64,000 nt of DNA from an uncultured Gemmatimonadales bacterium (lineage in GTDB: Bacteria > Gemmatimonadota > Gemmatimonadetes > Gemmatimonadales > Gemmatimonadaceae), in assembly GCA_963707505.1 (NCBI GenBank), contig CAVPQB010000006.1, positions 416,001-480,000 of the forward strand, read 5' to 3'. Position numbers and translations under genes: made by a program. The notes under the pieces are model-generated. The model saw only the letters and a list, made by a program, of their open reading frames with translations, was not told the DNA's origin and ran no database searches. Numbering within the stretch: the stretch's first letter is position 1; each line of letters opens with the position of its first letter. This document shows, piece by piece, positions 48,430 through 59,178 of the stretch.

Positions 48430-51368
48430 CAGTGAGTCTCCTCGCCCTGCGTGGTCCGCCTGATGCGATTGCCGAGCTTGGAGGCGATCTCCGACAGCAG
48501 CTCGTCGCGCGAATAATCCCCCTTCTGCAACACTGTCGTCACCTGTCCGTTGAGCTTGCTGCGCTCGACGGCTGTCAGCTCCTTCGCGGTCACCACTATC
48601 ACGGGAACCGTACTCGCGCGCGGCAGTGACCGGATCTCCGACAGGAACTCGAACCCGTCCATCTCCGGCATCATGAGATCGAGCAGAATTATCGCGGGAT
48701 CCTCGACGTCCATCTGGGCCAGCGCCTCGCGGCCGTTTCTCGCAACCTTCACCGTCCATCCCTCGCCCTCGAGCGTGCGTCGCAACAGATCACTCGCGGA
48801 CGGATCGTCCTCGACCACAAGCACCGATCCGCTCCCACCACTCGGCCGGTACTTCGCGAGCACTCGCCGCAACTGCTCGCGGTCGATGGGCTTGGTCAGA
48901 TACTCCGAAGCACCGAGCGCGAAGCCGGCTCGCTTGTCATCCACGATCGTGAGCATTATGACAGGCACGTCGCACAGATCAGGATCCGCCTTGAGCGCTG
49001 CCAGCACCGACCAGCCATCCATCCCGGGCATCATCACGTCGAGCGTGATGGCGTCGGGCCGAGTTTCCCGCGCTGCACGCAGTCCCGCCTCTCCAGTCGC
49101 TGCCTCATCGACGGTCAATCCCTCACGCAGCAGGAACCTGCGCATTATCGAGCGCACCGATGCCTCGTCGTCGATCACGAGTACCCTGCCCGCACTCGGC
49201 GTGACGCCGCTCGCTGCCACCGGCGTCTCCGCCGGCGTGTTCTCGCCGACGCTAGCTGGCAGACGAACTGTGAACGTCGACCCTCGCCCGTGCTCGCTCT
49301 CCACGGTGATCGTGCCGCCCATCATCTCGCAGAAGCGCCGCGATATCGCGAGCCCGAGTCCCGTCCCGCCAAACCGCCGCGTGGTGGATGCCTCAGCCTG
49401 CGAGAATGCCTCGAACAGCTTGGCCTGCTGCGCATCCGTCATTCCGATTCCGGTGTCGGAAACACGAAATGTGTACTCGTCCCGGTCGCCTTCCGCAGCG
49501 CGCGCACGCGTTACATCGAGACGCACAGTGCCGTGATCCGTGAACTTCGACGCGTTGGACAGAAGATTGAGAAGTGTCTGCCGCACCTTGATCATGTCAG
49601 CGCGCATCGCGCCGAGCGAAGGCGCACAGCTCACTTCGAGACGATTTCCGTTCTGCGCGATAAGCGGCTCGACGGTCGTTACAACGTCGTCAATCGTGGA
49701 GCGTACGTCGAAGGTCTCGATGTACAGCTCCATCTTGCCTGCCTCGATCTTCGATAGATCGAGCACGTCGTTTATCAGTGCGAGCAGATGCTTGCCGGAG
49801 GACCTGATCTTCTCGAGGTCGGCGATGTACGCGGTGTCGCCATTCTCCGCGGCGTCTTCCTTCAGCATCTCGCTGTAACCGATGATGGCGTTGAGCGGAG
49901 TGCGCAGCTCGTGACTCATGTTCGCAAGAAACCGGCTCTTCGCCTGATTCGCAGACTCGGCTTCGCGCTTCGCGCTCAGCAGATCGGTGACGTCGTGATA
50001 CAATGCCATGATTCCGACGTTCTTTCCCTCGACCGCTACTGGTACGCCTGCCAGCTCCACGTCGAGCAGCGAGCCATCCTTGCGACGGCGCTTGCCGATT
50101 CCTCTCGCCGTACGATGCGTCGCCTGGCTGGTATAAGCCTTCGCCTCTGCCTGCGTTTCCTGCGTGTTGATCAGGTCATCCAGATCGTGGCCGACACCTT
50201 CTTCCTGCGAGTATCCGAACAGCTTCTCGAAAGCCGGATTGAATGACGTGATGCGTCCGTTGGTCTCGAGCGTCACGATTGCAACCGGACTGTTGACGAC
50301 CACCGTCTCGAAATACTCCTTCTGTCGCTGTGCCTCGGTGTACAGCCGCGCGTTCTCGATGGCGATCGCGGCCTGTGGCGCGAACAGATTCAACAGTCGC
50401 AGATCGTCCGCACCAAACTGTCGCGCCGGATCCGAGTGCACGCTCGCGATCGCGCCAACGAGTCGCTTTCCGATCAACAACGGTGCAGCCATCACCGCAC
50501 GCACGGTGCTGCGTACGTCGGAATAGCTTCGTGAACGCCCTGACCATTCGTCATACTCCGGAATGATCAACGGCTCGTGTGTCACCGCGACCGTACCCAT
50601 CGCGCCCTCACCGAGCCCGAGGCGAACACCGGTCGAATCCTTGCCGATGTGATGGCTCGCGACGATCACGAGCTCGCGCGTCTGCTCGTCGTAGATGGCG
50701 AGCTCGCCACCCGTGACGCCGAGCAGCGTGACGGCGCGCTCGAGCACAGCCTGGAGCAGCTTGGAGAGCTCGCGCTCCGACGACAGATCCGCCATCGTAT
50801 CGAGGAGTGCCTTCTGTTCATCCGCGCGCCTGCGTTCCGAAACCAGCAGCCTCGCGCGTCCGATGGCGAGACTCGCGAAGTCCGCCACCGCGCTGAGCAC
50901 CTTGAAGTCGGACGGGGTGAACGCATTTGGCTCCGCGCTTTCCACCACCAGCACACCGATCACCTGGCCATCGATGTGCAGCGGAACGTCGACTTCGGAT
51001 CCGCTGTTGAGGCTGGGCAGATAGCTGCGCTCGCCTGCGACGGCAGCCGTATAGTGGAGCTTCGCGTCCTTCATAGCGCGATCGCTCAACCCCTCGCCGG
51101 GATGTACTCGCCAGGCTTTCGGGGCATCGGGCCAGCCGATGCTCGCACGGAGCACACGGTCACCGGTTTCATCCAGGAGAAAGGCGCCGAGGAAGTCGTA
51201 ACCCAGCGCCTCATCATGGAGGCCATCGACCAGGCGCTGGCAGACCTGCGCTTCGTCGGTAGCCGCGACCAGATCGACGGCGAGCCGCAGCAGTGCGGCC
51301 TGTCGATGTGCGAGAGTCCCACGTCGCGGCGTCTTGCGAGCCGCGGGTTTAGAAGACACCTGGCGCAT
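48429..51368 (-). CDS. Hybrid histidine kinase GAF-GAF-PAS-HisKA-HATPase-REC-REC
   Basis: [32 protein letters not shown] and two receiver domains. Confidence 0.93.
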   Translation of the reverse strand: MRQVSSKPAARKTPRRGTLAHRQAALLRLAVDLVAATDEAQVCQRLVDGLHDEALGYDFLGAFLLDETGDRVLRASIGWPDAPKAWRVHPGEGLSDRAMKDAKLHYTAAVAGERSYLPSLNSGSEVDVPLHIDGQVIGVLVVESAEPNAFTPSDFKVLSAVADFASLAIGRARLLVSERRRADEQKALLDTMADLSSERELSKLLQAVLERAVTLLGVTGGELAIYDEQTRELVIVASHHIGKDSTGVRLGLGEGAMGTVAVTHEPLIIPEYDEWSGRSRSYSDVRSTVRAVMAAPLLIGKRLVGAIASVHSDPARQFGADDLRLLNLFAPQAAIAIENARLYTEAQRQKEYFETVVVNSPVAIVTLETNGRITSFNPAFEKLFGYSQEEGVGHDLDDLINTQETQAEAKAYTSQATHRTARGIGKRRRKDGSLLDVELAGVPVAVEGKNVGIMALYHDVTDLLSAKREAESANQAKSRFLANMSHELRTPLNAIIGYSEMLKEDAAENGDTAYIADLEKIRSSGKHLLALINDVLDLSKIEAGKMELYIETFDVRSTIDDVVTTVEPLIAQNGNRLEVSCAPSLGAMRADMIKVRQTLLNLLSNASKFTDHGTVRLDVTRARAAEGDRDEYTFRVSDTGIGMTDAQQAKLFEAFSQAEASTTRRFGGTGLGLAISRRFCEMMGGTITVESEHGRGSTFTVRLPASVGENTPAETPVAASGVTPSAGRVLVIDDEASVRSIMRRFLLREGLTVDEAATGEAGLRAARETRPDAITLDVMMPGMDGWSVLAALKADPDLCDVPVIMLTIVDDKRAGFALGASEYLTKPIDREQLRRVLAKYRPSGGSGSVLVVEDDPSASDLLRRTLEGEGWTVKVARNGREALAQMDVEDPAIILLDLMMPEMDGFEFLSEIRSLPRASTVPVIVVTAKELTAVERSKLNGQVTTVLQKGDYSRDELLSEIASKLGNRIRRTTQGEETH

Positions 51369-51534
51369 GGCGCTCTGTCCTCTTGCTTGTGAAACCGCTG
51401 GTCCGAACCCGTCAAAGTATGTGGGTCGGGCGCCGCCAGCGCTACGGCGAAGTGGATGCGCACCCGCGACCTGCTAGTTGTGGCCTCGGCAGGCAGCTCC
51501 GCCATACGTTCGCCTGACACGTTAGACTTCCACC

Positions 51535-52140
51535 ATGGCCATCATTTCGCGTGGCTTTCGCAGCCGGCGGCCTCCTGTGGATCCTGCCCGCGTACCACCG
51601 GGCCAGTACGTGACGAACGACTTTCCCGTTCTGTCCGCAGGCCCTACGCCGCGCACCCCGCTCGACAGGTGGACATTCACGATCCGCGGCACCGTGGACG
51701 CGCCGAGATCATGGACATGGGACGAGTTCGCGAAGCTCCCGCACGAGGATGCAAAGGTCGACATCCACTGCGTCACCAAGTGGAGCAAGCTCGACACGAT
51801 GTGGTCGGGCGTCGCGATCGATACACTGCTGGACGGAATCGACGTCGGTAGATCGACGCACGTAACTGCATTCTGCGACGGAGGCTACACCACCAACGTT
51901 CCGCTCGCGGATCTCGTCAACGGACAGGCATGGATTGCAGTCGGCTACGACGGAGCGCCGCTGCATCCGGAGCACGGCGGACCAGCACGACTGCTGGTGC
52001 CACATCTGTATTTCTGGAAGAGCGCCAAGTGGGTGCGTGGGCTCGAGCTGCGCGATCACGACGTTCCCGGATTCTGGGAAGTAAACGGCTACCACGATTA
52101 CGGAGATCCATGGAAGGAGCAGCGCTACCAGGGCGATTGA
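51535..52140 (+). CDS. Sulfite-oxidase-like molybdopterin oxidoreductase
   Basis: PPGQY, DIHCVTKWS, HGGPARL..YFWKSAKW, GFWE..GYH..GDPW. Confidence 0.9.
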   Translation: MAIISRGFRSRRPPVDPARVPPGQYVTNDFPVLSAGPTPRTPLDRWTFTIRGTVDAPRSWTWDEFAKLPHEDAKVDIHCVTKWSKLDTMWSGVAIDTLLDGIDVGRSTHVTAFCDGGYTTNVPLADLVNGQAWIAVGYDGAPLHPEHGGPARLLVPHLYFWKSAKWVRGLELRDHDVPGFWEVNGYHDYGDPWKEQRYQGD

Positions 52141-52904
52141 TCTGGCGCTCGGCGCGCGTCGCTGAGATAATCGACGAGACGCCGCGCGTGCGCACGCTCC
52201 TGCTGGACTGCCCGGACTGGCCCGGTCATCTCGCAGGCCAACACGTGGACGTGCGGCTCACTGCAGAAGATGGCTATCAGGCGGAGCGGAGTTATTCCAT
52301 CGCGTCAGCGCCCGGCGATGAGGTACTCGCGCTTACTGTAGAGCGCATAGACGACGGTGAAGTTTCTCCATATCTCGTGGGCGAACTGCGCGTGGGCGAT
52401 GAGATGGAGCTGCGCGGGCCGATCGGCGGTTATTTCGTCTGGAGCAGGATGCGCGGCGGTCCACTGCTTTTGCTGGCCGGTGGATCTGGCATAGTGCCGC
52501 TGCGCTGCATCATGCGCCAGCATGCAGCGGTGATGAGCGACGCTCCGGTCAAGTTGTTGTATTCAGTGCGCTCGCAACGCGAGATCATATATCGCGATGA
52601 GCTGGATCAGCTCGCTCGCAACGGAGTCGAAGTGATCTACACGCTCACGCGCGAGTGGCCCGACAAATGGACAGGATACCACCGCCGCATCGACGCCGAT
52701 CTGCTGCGCGAGATCGCGTGGCCCGCCAGCGAACGTCCGCTCGCATACGTGTGCGGACCGACGGCGTTCGTCGAGCGTGCAGCGAGCGAACTGGTGTCAT
52801 TGGATTACGAGCCAGACAGAATCAAGACCGAGCGGTTCGGTCCGACCAACGACAGCTCGACCGTCGATCGAGCGGCGCGCGCGAACACCTCACCGATCAC
52901 GTGA
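52137..52904 (+). CDS. FAD/NAD(P)-binding ferredoxin reductase-like protein
   Basis: GQHVDV, RSYSIAS, GGSGIVP, YVCGP..F, ERFG. Confidence 0.88.
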   Translation: MIWRSARVAEIIDETPRVRTLLLDCPDWPGHLAGQHVDVRLTAEDGYQAERSYSIASAPGDEVLALTVERIDDGEVSPYLVGELRVGDEMELRGPIGGYFVWSRMRGGPLLLLAGGSGIVPLRCIMRQHAAVMSDAPVKLLYSVRSQREIIYRDELDQLARNGVEVIYTLTREWPDKWTGYHRRIDADLLREIAWPASERPLAYVCGPTAFVERAASELVSLDYEPDRIKTERFGPTNDSSTVDRAARANTSPIT

Positions 52905-52918
52905 GTCGCTGATACAAC

Positions 52919-52957
52919 AAAATGCAGCCTCCGGGTTTCCGGAGGCTGCATTCATTT
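52919..52957. terminator. Bidirectional intrinsic terminator
   Basis: AATGCAGCCTCCGG / CCGGAGGCTGCATT stem between convergent genes. Confidence 0.75.
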
Positions 52958-52974
52958 CGCTTCACTGAGCAGCG

Positions 52975-53760
52975 TCAATGTCCGCGCGGCCACCCGTGAT
53001 TCTGCTGGCTCGATTGGTCGGCGCCAGGGAGAGTCTTGCCCGCGTGCCTCGACTGACTCGATTCGCTCGACGCAGTTGGAAGTGTCTTCCCTGACTGCAC
53101 GTGACCGCTCTGGTATCCACCGTTCGGCGTTACACGATCGGGGTAACGTTGCTGAGTCGGGTAAGTGTTGGAGCGCTGTGGAGCGGGTAGCGCCTTGCCA
53201 CCCTGCACGCCACGGTCACCATATACTGGCTGCCGGTACACGGGTTGATACACCGGCTGCTGTACGATCACCGTCTGCGGATACGTGTTGTATCGACCGT
53301 AATTTCCGTACTGTCCATTCTGACCGTAGTTGCCGTACTGGCCGTAGTTGCCGTTTGGCTGCCAGAACGCTGCTACGTCATACGCTCCAGCGCCGCCCTG
53401 GTTGTCGCGAATGCGAACCACGGTCGTGTATCCGTTCTGAGCAGTCGGCTGCTCGATGACGTCGGCGCTGCCACGCCCCTCACGCATCTGCACGGTCACG
53501 TATCCGTTGGCCGATGGAAGTGCGCTCATCGCTCGGGCGTTGTTGTACCCGGTCATCTCACGCGGCCCCATCGCCATCACGGAAGCGCGGCCGCCCTGCA
53601 TCTGAACGCGGATCTCCTGATCCACGTTGCCACGCCACTCGAACAACTCACGTTGAGTCGATCGCTGCGCGTTCGCGGGAGCGGATATTGTCAGCGCGGC
53701 GAGTGGGATGGCCGCAACGCTTGCTACTCTGAGAATAGAACCAACGAATCCTGCCTTCAT
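52975..53760 (-). CDS. Secreted protein with small beta domain and Gly/Asn/Tyr/Gln-rich tail
   Basis: GGAGG RBS, signal peptide, GNYGQY repeats, GK(A/T)LP motifs. Confidence 0.7.
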   Translation of the reverse strand: MKAGFVGSILRVASVAAIPLAALTISAPANAQRSTQRELFEWRGNVDQEIRVQMQGGRASVMAMGPREMTGYNNARAMSALPSANGYVTVQMREGRGSADVIEQPTAQNGYTTVVRIRDNQGGAGAYDVAAFWQPNGNYGQYGNYGQNGQYGNYGRYNTYPQTVIVQQPVYQPVYRQPVYGDRGVQGGKALPAPQRSNTYPTQQRYPDRVTPNGGYQSGHVQSGKTLPTASSESSQSRHAGKTLPGADQSSQQNHGWPRGH

Positions 53761-54061
53761 GACAACCTCCTGTTGTCGTGCACGCTCTTGTGCAGAGCCG
53801 TGCTCCTGCATCCACACGATTAGACGTGGAGACAAGCGCCAGCGTTAAGGCTTTTTCAGTCATTTTGAGAGTGAAAATCGACTCCTGGCTGTCATGAAGA
53901 TGACAGCTTTCTCGAGGCAGGATTGCCTGCTGCCACGAGCTCACCGCCCGTGTGTTTCGACTCGTCGTACCGCTGTGGCATGCAAGGCGCATAGGATGCG
54001 CCTGAGGCGCCTTCACATTCAACCGCGTGCCGCGTCCAATTCACAGGCATAACTCAAGAGG

Positions 54062-54517
54062 ATGACTTCCATGCGCTTTCGTACATTCAGTTTCGTGACA
54101 GCGGTTGCGATGCTCGCGGCTTCCGTAGCGTGCACCGACAACACCTCGCCGTCCAGCCGGTCGGCGGGTGGGACGTATGACCTTCAAACGGTGAACGGCA
54201 CCTCGCTGCCGTATTCGTACAACACCAGTTCAGGCACGCTCACGATCCAGAGCGACATCTACACGCTCAACAACGATGGTACGTACAACGAGACGATCAG
54301 TGAGACGATCTCCAACGGTGTCAGCAATGCACCCACGAGCGACGCAGAGTCTGGAACGTGGTATCAGAATGGGAACGCTGTCGTGTTCTCGCCAAACTAC
54401 AGCACGCAGAACAACTACACGCAGTACACCGGCGCGCTGTCAGGCGGCGGAACGTTCAGCCACAGCTCGATAACGTTCTCGTACAACGGAGTGGTGTGGG
54501 TGTACAACCACACATGA
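54062..54517 (+). CDS. Lipoprotein, beta-barrel (lipocalin-like)
   Basis: SVAC lipobox, GTYDL.TVNG..LP, ESGTW. GG-N10-GC motif upstream near 53976-53991. Confidence 0.65.
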   Translation: MTSMRFRTFSFVTAVAMLAASVACTDNTSPSSRSAGGTYDLQTVNGTSLPYSYNTSSGTLTIQSDIYTLNNDGTYNETISETISNGVSNAPTSDAESGTWYQNGNAVVFSPNYSTQNNYTQYTGALSGGGTFSHSSITFSYNGVVWVYNHT

Positions 54518-54531
54518 TGACGCGCAGATCG

Positions 54532-54838
54532 TTACGCCTGGATTAGCGGAACGCCGTAGATCGCCAGTGTTCGGTCGGCAGTGACGAGCGTGCATCCCTC
54601 CACGCTCGCCTGCGCGACCAGCATGCGAGCGAAGGGATCGCGCTGATGATGCGGCAACGCGACGGTAGCAGCTGCGTGCGCGAGCGTTACCGGGAGCTCC
54701 TTGAAGTTGTTGAACACAAGGATGTCGCCGAAGCTCTGTGGAAACGTGAGCCTGCCAGGAGGCGGCCTCCTTCACGAGCTGCGAGAGATGCGTCCTGGCC
54801 TCGTACAGATTCACCTGCTTGGGCCTGGTGTCAGGCAT
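54532..54838 (-). pseudogene. Collapsed Phd/YefM antitoxin - PIN (VapC) toxin pair
   Basis: QVNLYEARTHLSQLV (antitoxin N-terminus) abuts ELPVT..H..LPHHQRDPFARMLVAQA..VTAD (PIN C-terminus), with the middle missing. Confidence 0.7.
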
Positions 54839-54942
54839 CGGTCCCCCGACTAAAAACCAGGCCTGAATGACCGGGTGGTCTAGTCGGTTGGTCTGGTTGG
54901 TCAAAATACCCTGCACAATCACAATCGCTAGCGACCGGCCGG

Positions 54943-55608
54943 TCATCTGGGCTCGGTAACTCCGATCTGCCGACAGTACTCCAGCACGGGACAGGTCGAG
55001 CATCTGGGTCGCGTCCCGGTACAGACGTTCTTGCCGAACGGAACCAGCAGCCGGTTGATCTCGATCCAGTACTTGTTCGGAAGCTTCTCTTCCAGCTGCC
55101 GCTGCACCGACTCCGCACTGCCCGCTTTCACATACCCCCAGCGCGTGGTGACCCGTGCTACGTGAACATCGACACTGATGCGGCTCTGTCCAGCCGCAAC
55201 GCCAAGCGCGAGGTTGGCGCACTTGGGACCCACACCGCGAAAGGACTTGAGAACTTCGGCGTCAGCCGGAAGCTCGCCACCGAACTCCTCGATGGTGCGA
55301 ACCGCAATGTCATGGATCTGCTTCGCCTTCCCCGTGTGGAACGTCGCCGGATGAATCAGCTCATCTATCTCCGACGCATCCAGACGCGATATCGCTTCAG
55401 GACCTGGTGCGGCCTCGAACAGCCGCACCGCTGCAGGCAGGCTCACCTCGTCACGCGTGCGAATCGAGATCACGCACGCGACCAGCTGCTGAAACAGCGT
55501 GTCGAACTTTCGGTCGCGCAGCTCGAACATCGCGGCGTCGGCATACTGCTCGACTTCATGCCGGATGCGACGGAGCACCACCGAAATATCAAACGGAAGC
55601 TTTGCCAT
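54943..55608 (-). CDS. nth: Endonuclease III (HhH-GPD, 4Fe-4S)
   Basis: GVGPKCAN, VDVHVAR, C-X6-C-X2-C-X5-C. Confidence 0.9.
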   Translation of the reverse strand: MAKLPFDISVVLRRIRHEVEQYADAAMFELRDRKFDTLFQQLVACVISIRTRDEVSLPAAVRLFEAAPGPEAISRLDASEIDELIHPATFHTGKAKQIHDIAVRTIEEFGGELPADAEVLKSFRGVGPKCANLALGVAAGQSRISVDVHVARVTTRWGYVKAGSAESVQRQLEEKLPNKYWIEINRLLVPFGKNVCTGTRPRCSTCPVLEYCRQIGVTEPR

Positions 55609-55655
55609 CGCCGAGGTGGAATTGCATGACGTGGGCCGCCACACACTCCGCGCTG

Positions 55656-56912
55656 CTACCCCTCGCCGAGCTCGGCCAGCCGTCGATCCAGAAAGCGCTG
55701 CTCCTGCAACTGAGTCGCAAGGCTTCTCGCGGTTGTGTAAGATATGATTGCCTCGTCCTTGCGACCTGCGCGCAACAACAGCGCGCCCCGCGCCGAATGC
55801 GCGAGATAGTATCCCGCAAGCTCTCCGTGCTGCATCAGACTGTCGATCAGCTCCAGTCCGCGCGTCTCGCCATCCCGCATCGCGATCGCCACCGCCCGGT
55901 TCAACTCGACCACCGGCGATTCGTGAATCCGCAGGAGCACGTCATACAGTCCTACGATCTCGCCCCAGTCAGTCTCCGCCGCCGTTCTCGATTCGGCGTG
56001 CACCGCTGCGATCGCTGCCTGCAACGCGTATGGCCCGACTCTGCGCGATGCGAGTGCGCGCGTGGTGAGCGCAATCCCTTCGCGAATCTTCGCCTGGTCC
56101 CAGAGTGTGCGGTCCTGATCGTCCAGCAGAATCGGCTCACCGTCACCAGCGATGCGTGCGGCCCGTCGCGAGTCGTGCAACAACATGAGCGCGAGCAACC
56201 CATCCACCTCCGAATCTTCATGAAGCTCGGCGAGCATCCGCGCAAGACGAATCGACTCGGCGCACATGTCCGCGCGCGTTACCTCGTCGCCGAACGTCGC
56301 TGAATAGCCTTCGTTGAAGATGAGATAGATGACCGCGAGCACGGCGTCGATTCGCTCCGGCAACTCGGCCTGCCCCGGAATCTCATACGGAATTCGCGCA
56401 TCCCTGATCTTGTTCTTCGCGCGCACTATGCGCTGCGCCAGCGTCGGAGCCGGTACGAGAAAGGCACGCGCGATCTCTTCCGTCGTGAGTCCGCCTACGG
56501 TCCTGAGCGTGAGCGCAACCTGTGCCTCGATTGCGAGCGCCGGGTGACAGCACGTGAAGATGAGTCGCAGTCTGTCGTCGGGGATCTCATCGTCATCACC
56601 ACCGTGAACGCTGGTCGGGACGTGCGATTCCATCTCCGCTGCAATCTCCGCGTGCCTGGCGTCGAACCTCGCACGACGCCTGATGTGATCTATCGCGCGA
56701 AAGCGTCCGGCACTTACCAGCCAGGTGCGAGGATTCGCCGGCACACCGTCAACTGGCCATCGCTCCATCGCCGCGACGAAAGCGTCGTGCAACGCTTCTT
56801 CCGCAACGTCGAAGTCGCCTAGCAACCGGACGAGTGTTGCCAGGACGCGGCGCGAGTCGGATCGGTAAGTGCTCTCCACAATCTCCCGCGCACGCGTCGA
56901 AGCATCCGTCAT
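55656..56912 (-). CDS. ECF42-type sigma factor with C-terminal TPR extension
   Basis: AEEALHDAF, DDRLRLIFTCCHPAL, YLIFNEGY, GPYALQAAIAA. Downstream of a DGPF protein. Confidence 0.9.
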   Translation of the reverse strand: MTDASTRAREIVESTYRSDSRRVLATLVRLLGDFDVAEEALHDAFVAAMERWPVDGVPANPRTWLVSAGRFRAIDHIRRRARFDARHAEIAAEMESHVPTSVHGGDDDEIPDDRLRLIFTCCHPALAIEAQVALTLRTVGGLTTEEIARAFLVPAPTLAQRIVRAKNKIRDARIPYEIPGQAELPERIDAVLAVIYLIFNEGYSATFGDEVTRADMCAESIRLARMLAELHEDSEVDGLLALMLLHDSRRAARIAGDGEPILLDDQDRTLWDQAKIREGIALTTRALASRRVGPYALQAAIAAVHAESRTAAETDWGEIVGLYDVLLRIHESPVVELNRAVAIAMRDGETRGLELIDSLMQHGELAGYYLAHSARGALLLRAGRKDEAIISYTTARSLATQLQEQRFLDRRLAELGEG

Positions 56913-56928
56913 TGCATTCGAGCCGCTG

Positions 56929-57282
56929 TCAGCTGTTGAATACCATGATGGGCCGTACTTCTACCGAGCCAAGTTTGGCGCCTGGAATTCTGCCTGCGAC
57001 CTGCAGTGCGTCGTTCAGATCCTTGGCTTCGATCAGATAATATCCGCCGAGCTGCTCCTTCGTTTCGGCGAACGGACCGTCGGATGTGATAGCCTTCCCG
57101 TTGCGAACGCGGACCGTCGTGGCCGACGACGTTGGCTGGAGCGCGTCCCCGCCGATGAAATGCCCGCTGGCCTTGATGTCTTCGCCGAACGCGTTGTATT
57201 CTGCCATCATCTTGCCCATCTCGTCCGGCGACATTTTTTGCCAGAGCGATTCCTCGTCGTAGATCAAGCAGAGGTACTTCAT
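56929..57282 (-). CDS. YciI / DGPF-family protein
   Basis: DGPFAETKEQLGGYY, VEVRP. Confidence 0.92.
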   Translation of the reverse strand: MKYLCLIYDEESLWQKMSPDEMGKMMAEYNAFGEDIKASGHFIGGDALQPTSSATTVRVRNGKAITSDGPFAETKEQLGGYYLIEAKDLNDALQVAGRIPGAKLGSVEVRPIMVFNS

Positions 57283-57327
57283 AATTGGCCTCACTGAAAG
57301 GGTGATTTCCCGCGTCTTCGTCCAATA

Positions 57328-57354
57328 GTCGAACGGCTCGGCACAAAATCGACA
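57328..57354 (-). promoter_or_regulatory. Putative ECF42 target promoter
   Basis: TGTCGA-17 nt-CGAC upstream of the DGPF-ECF42 operon, matching the reported ECF42 promoter type. Confidence 0.7.
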
Positions 57355-57447
57355 CCTGGTAAAAACAGCTGTTACGCCCAGCTCGCACCAGTCAACGGTA
57401 GATAGATTTCACGAAACCTGCTTCCTTGCACCCATTTCGCCGAGAGA

Positions 57448-58008
57448 ATGATGAGAGCAATCATCCGTACAGCTGCCACCACCGCCTTGCTCTTCACCGC
57501 TGCTGTGGTGGCCGGCGCACAGACCACGACGCAGCTTGGCACGGGTGGCGGAGGCAGTCCGCACGTGAAGACGGACTGGACCATCGGCACCGCACACATC
57601 TCGATCTCATACGGCCGCCCGTCGTTGAAAGGTCGCGCCGAAGCGACGCTGATGCCCACCGGCAAGCCATGGCGCACTGGCGCGGATGAAGCGACGGTGC
57701 TCACAACCGACAAGAGGCTCACTTTCGGATCTGTCGCCCTCGCGCCGGGAAGCTACACCATCAATACGGTGCCGGGCACGACGTCGTGGCAGCTGATCCT
57801 GGGCAAGCTGGGCAGCCCCAAGCAGTGGGGCATCCCATATAAGAAGGAGCTGGAGATCGGTCGCGCCCCGATGATACTTGGCAAGACGACCGCACCGGTC
57901 GAGCAGGTCACCATTTCCATCGATCCCGACAGATCCGGAACTGGCGGAGTCCTCCGCATCGAGTGGGGAAGTACGAGCGCGGCGACTCCGTTCACCGCCG
58001 GTTCCTGA
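57448..58008 (+). CDS. DUF2911-family exported protein
   Basis: SP, ISYGRPSLKGR, WRTGADEAT, LRIEW. Confidence 0.85.
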   Translation: MMRAIIRTAATTALLFTAAVVAGAQTTTQLGTGGGGSPHVKTDWTIGTAHISISYGRPSLKGRAEATLMPTGKPWRTGADEATVLTTDKRLTFGSVALAPGSYTINTVPGTTSWQLILGKLGSPKQWGIPYKKELEIGRAPMILGKTTAPVEQVTISIDPDRSGTGGVLRIEWGSTSAATPFTAGS

Positions 58009-58121
58009 TAAGTGACACGGAGATGACGATACGTCGTAGCCACGGATGGATCGCCGGCGCCGCGCTCCTTTCGGTCGCGCTGGTGTCTTCCGCCCGCACA
58101 AGTAACTGCGTCGTTACACCA

Positions 58122-58502
58122 TCACGGCGCCACTACTGACGCTCCCTTGATCCGCCTTGCAAGATTGTCGCCGATTCCCATTGCAATGAGACCCACGAGA
58201 AGGTGCAGAACGCGGATCACCCAGTGCGCGGATCCCGGCATCAGGCTGCGCTGCGTCATGCCGAGTGCGAGGACCACGATTCCCCAGATGAAGCCAAGCG
58301 CAATGAGGCCTCCTGATTGACGTGCCGCTATAGCGACGCCGGAGAGTACCCAGAGCGCAATCACGAACAGCACACCGATCAGCATGTGTGCGTTCACGAG
58401 CTGCAGCGCATGCCCGCTCCAGAAGAACAGGCCCAGTATGATCAGTATCAAACCGAACAGGCGCACGACGATCTGCGCCACTGCGGTAGTCGTCCTCATC
58501 AA
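58122..58502 (-). CDS. 4-TM membrane protein with intramembrane His residues
   Basis: Four hydrophobic helices with AHMLIG and VLHLLVG. Confidence 0.7.
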   Translation of the reverse strand: MMRTTTAVAQIVVRLFGLILIILGLFFWSGHALQLVNAHMLIGVLFVIALWVLSGVAIAARQSGGLIALGFIWGIVVLALGMTQRSLMPGSAHWVIRVLHLLVGLIAMGIGDNLARRIKGASVVAP

Positions 58503-58680
58503 TTGATTCTCCTCTTGGTCGATGCGGGAATGCGAACTCTCGGGGAACGATGGGCCAGATACTTTGGCTACGTCAAGTATAGGGCCGGGTCAATTATCGA
58601 GAATCTTCATGAAGTTACCCGGGATGTGGTGTCAAATGGTCCTCGGGCGTATAACTACAGATAACCAACCAGACACCCAC

Positions 58681-59175
58681 ATGCCGCTCCATTCCGAGTT
58701 TTTCTTCTGTGTCTCGGCGTTCGTACTGGGAGTCGTAGCCGGAATGCGTAGCATGATGGCGCCGGCGGTTCTCGCGCTGACGCTGTCACGTCGTCCGGAA
58801 TACGTTCCCGCGAGTGCGCCGGCGCAGTGGTTTGCGCTCATTCCTGTCGCTGTAGTCCTTTGCATCGTGGCGCTGGGCGAGCTTGTAGGCGACAAGCTGC
58901 CGATGGCGCCAAATCGAACCGCGCTTGGACCATTTGTATTCAGACTCGTGACCGGCGCGATCACAGGGGCGGCGCTGGTGCAGTTGGGGGGAATCAATGC
59001 CTGGGCCGGAGCGGCGTGCGGCGCAGTCGGCGCGATTGCGGGGACGTTCGGAATGTTTCACGCACGCAAGCTTGCCGGACGCGTTACCGGAATCAGCGAT
59101 CCGTACATCGGCGCGATCGAGGATGTAGTTGCGATCGCGATTGCGGCGACGGTCGTTGCGCGGCTTGTGGGGTGA
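58681..59175 (+). CDS. DUF4126-like membrane protein
   Basis: GMRSM.APA, GEL.GDKLP..PNR, IED. Confidence 0.7.
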   Translation: MPLHSEFFFCVSAFVLGVVAGMRSMMAPAVLALTLSRRPEYVPASAPAQWFALIPVAVVLCIVALGELVGDKLPMAPNRTALGPFVFRLVTGAITGAALVQLGGINAWAGAACGAVGAIAGTFGMFHARKLAGRVTGISDPYIGAIEDVVAIAIAATVVARLVG

Positions 59176-59178
59176 TGG

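Noticed and set aside
2689..55608. A single DNA-repair island (ligase, RmuC, UdgX, Nth)
   Set aside because: The genes are scattered over more than 50 kb among unrelated genes, with no evidence of a unit.
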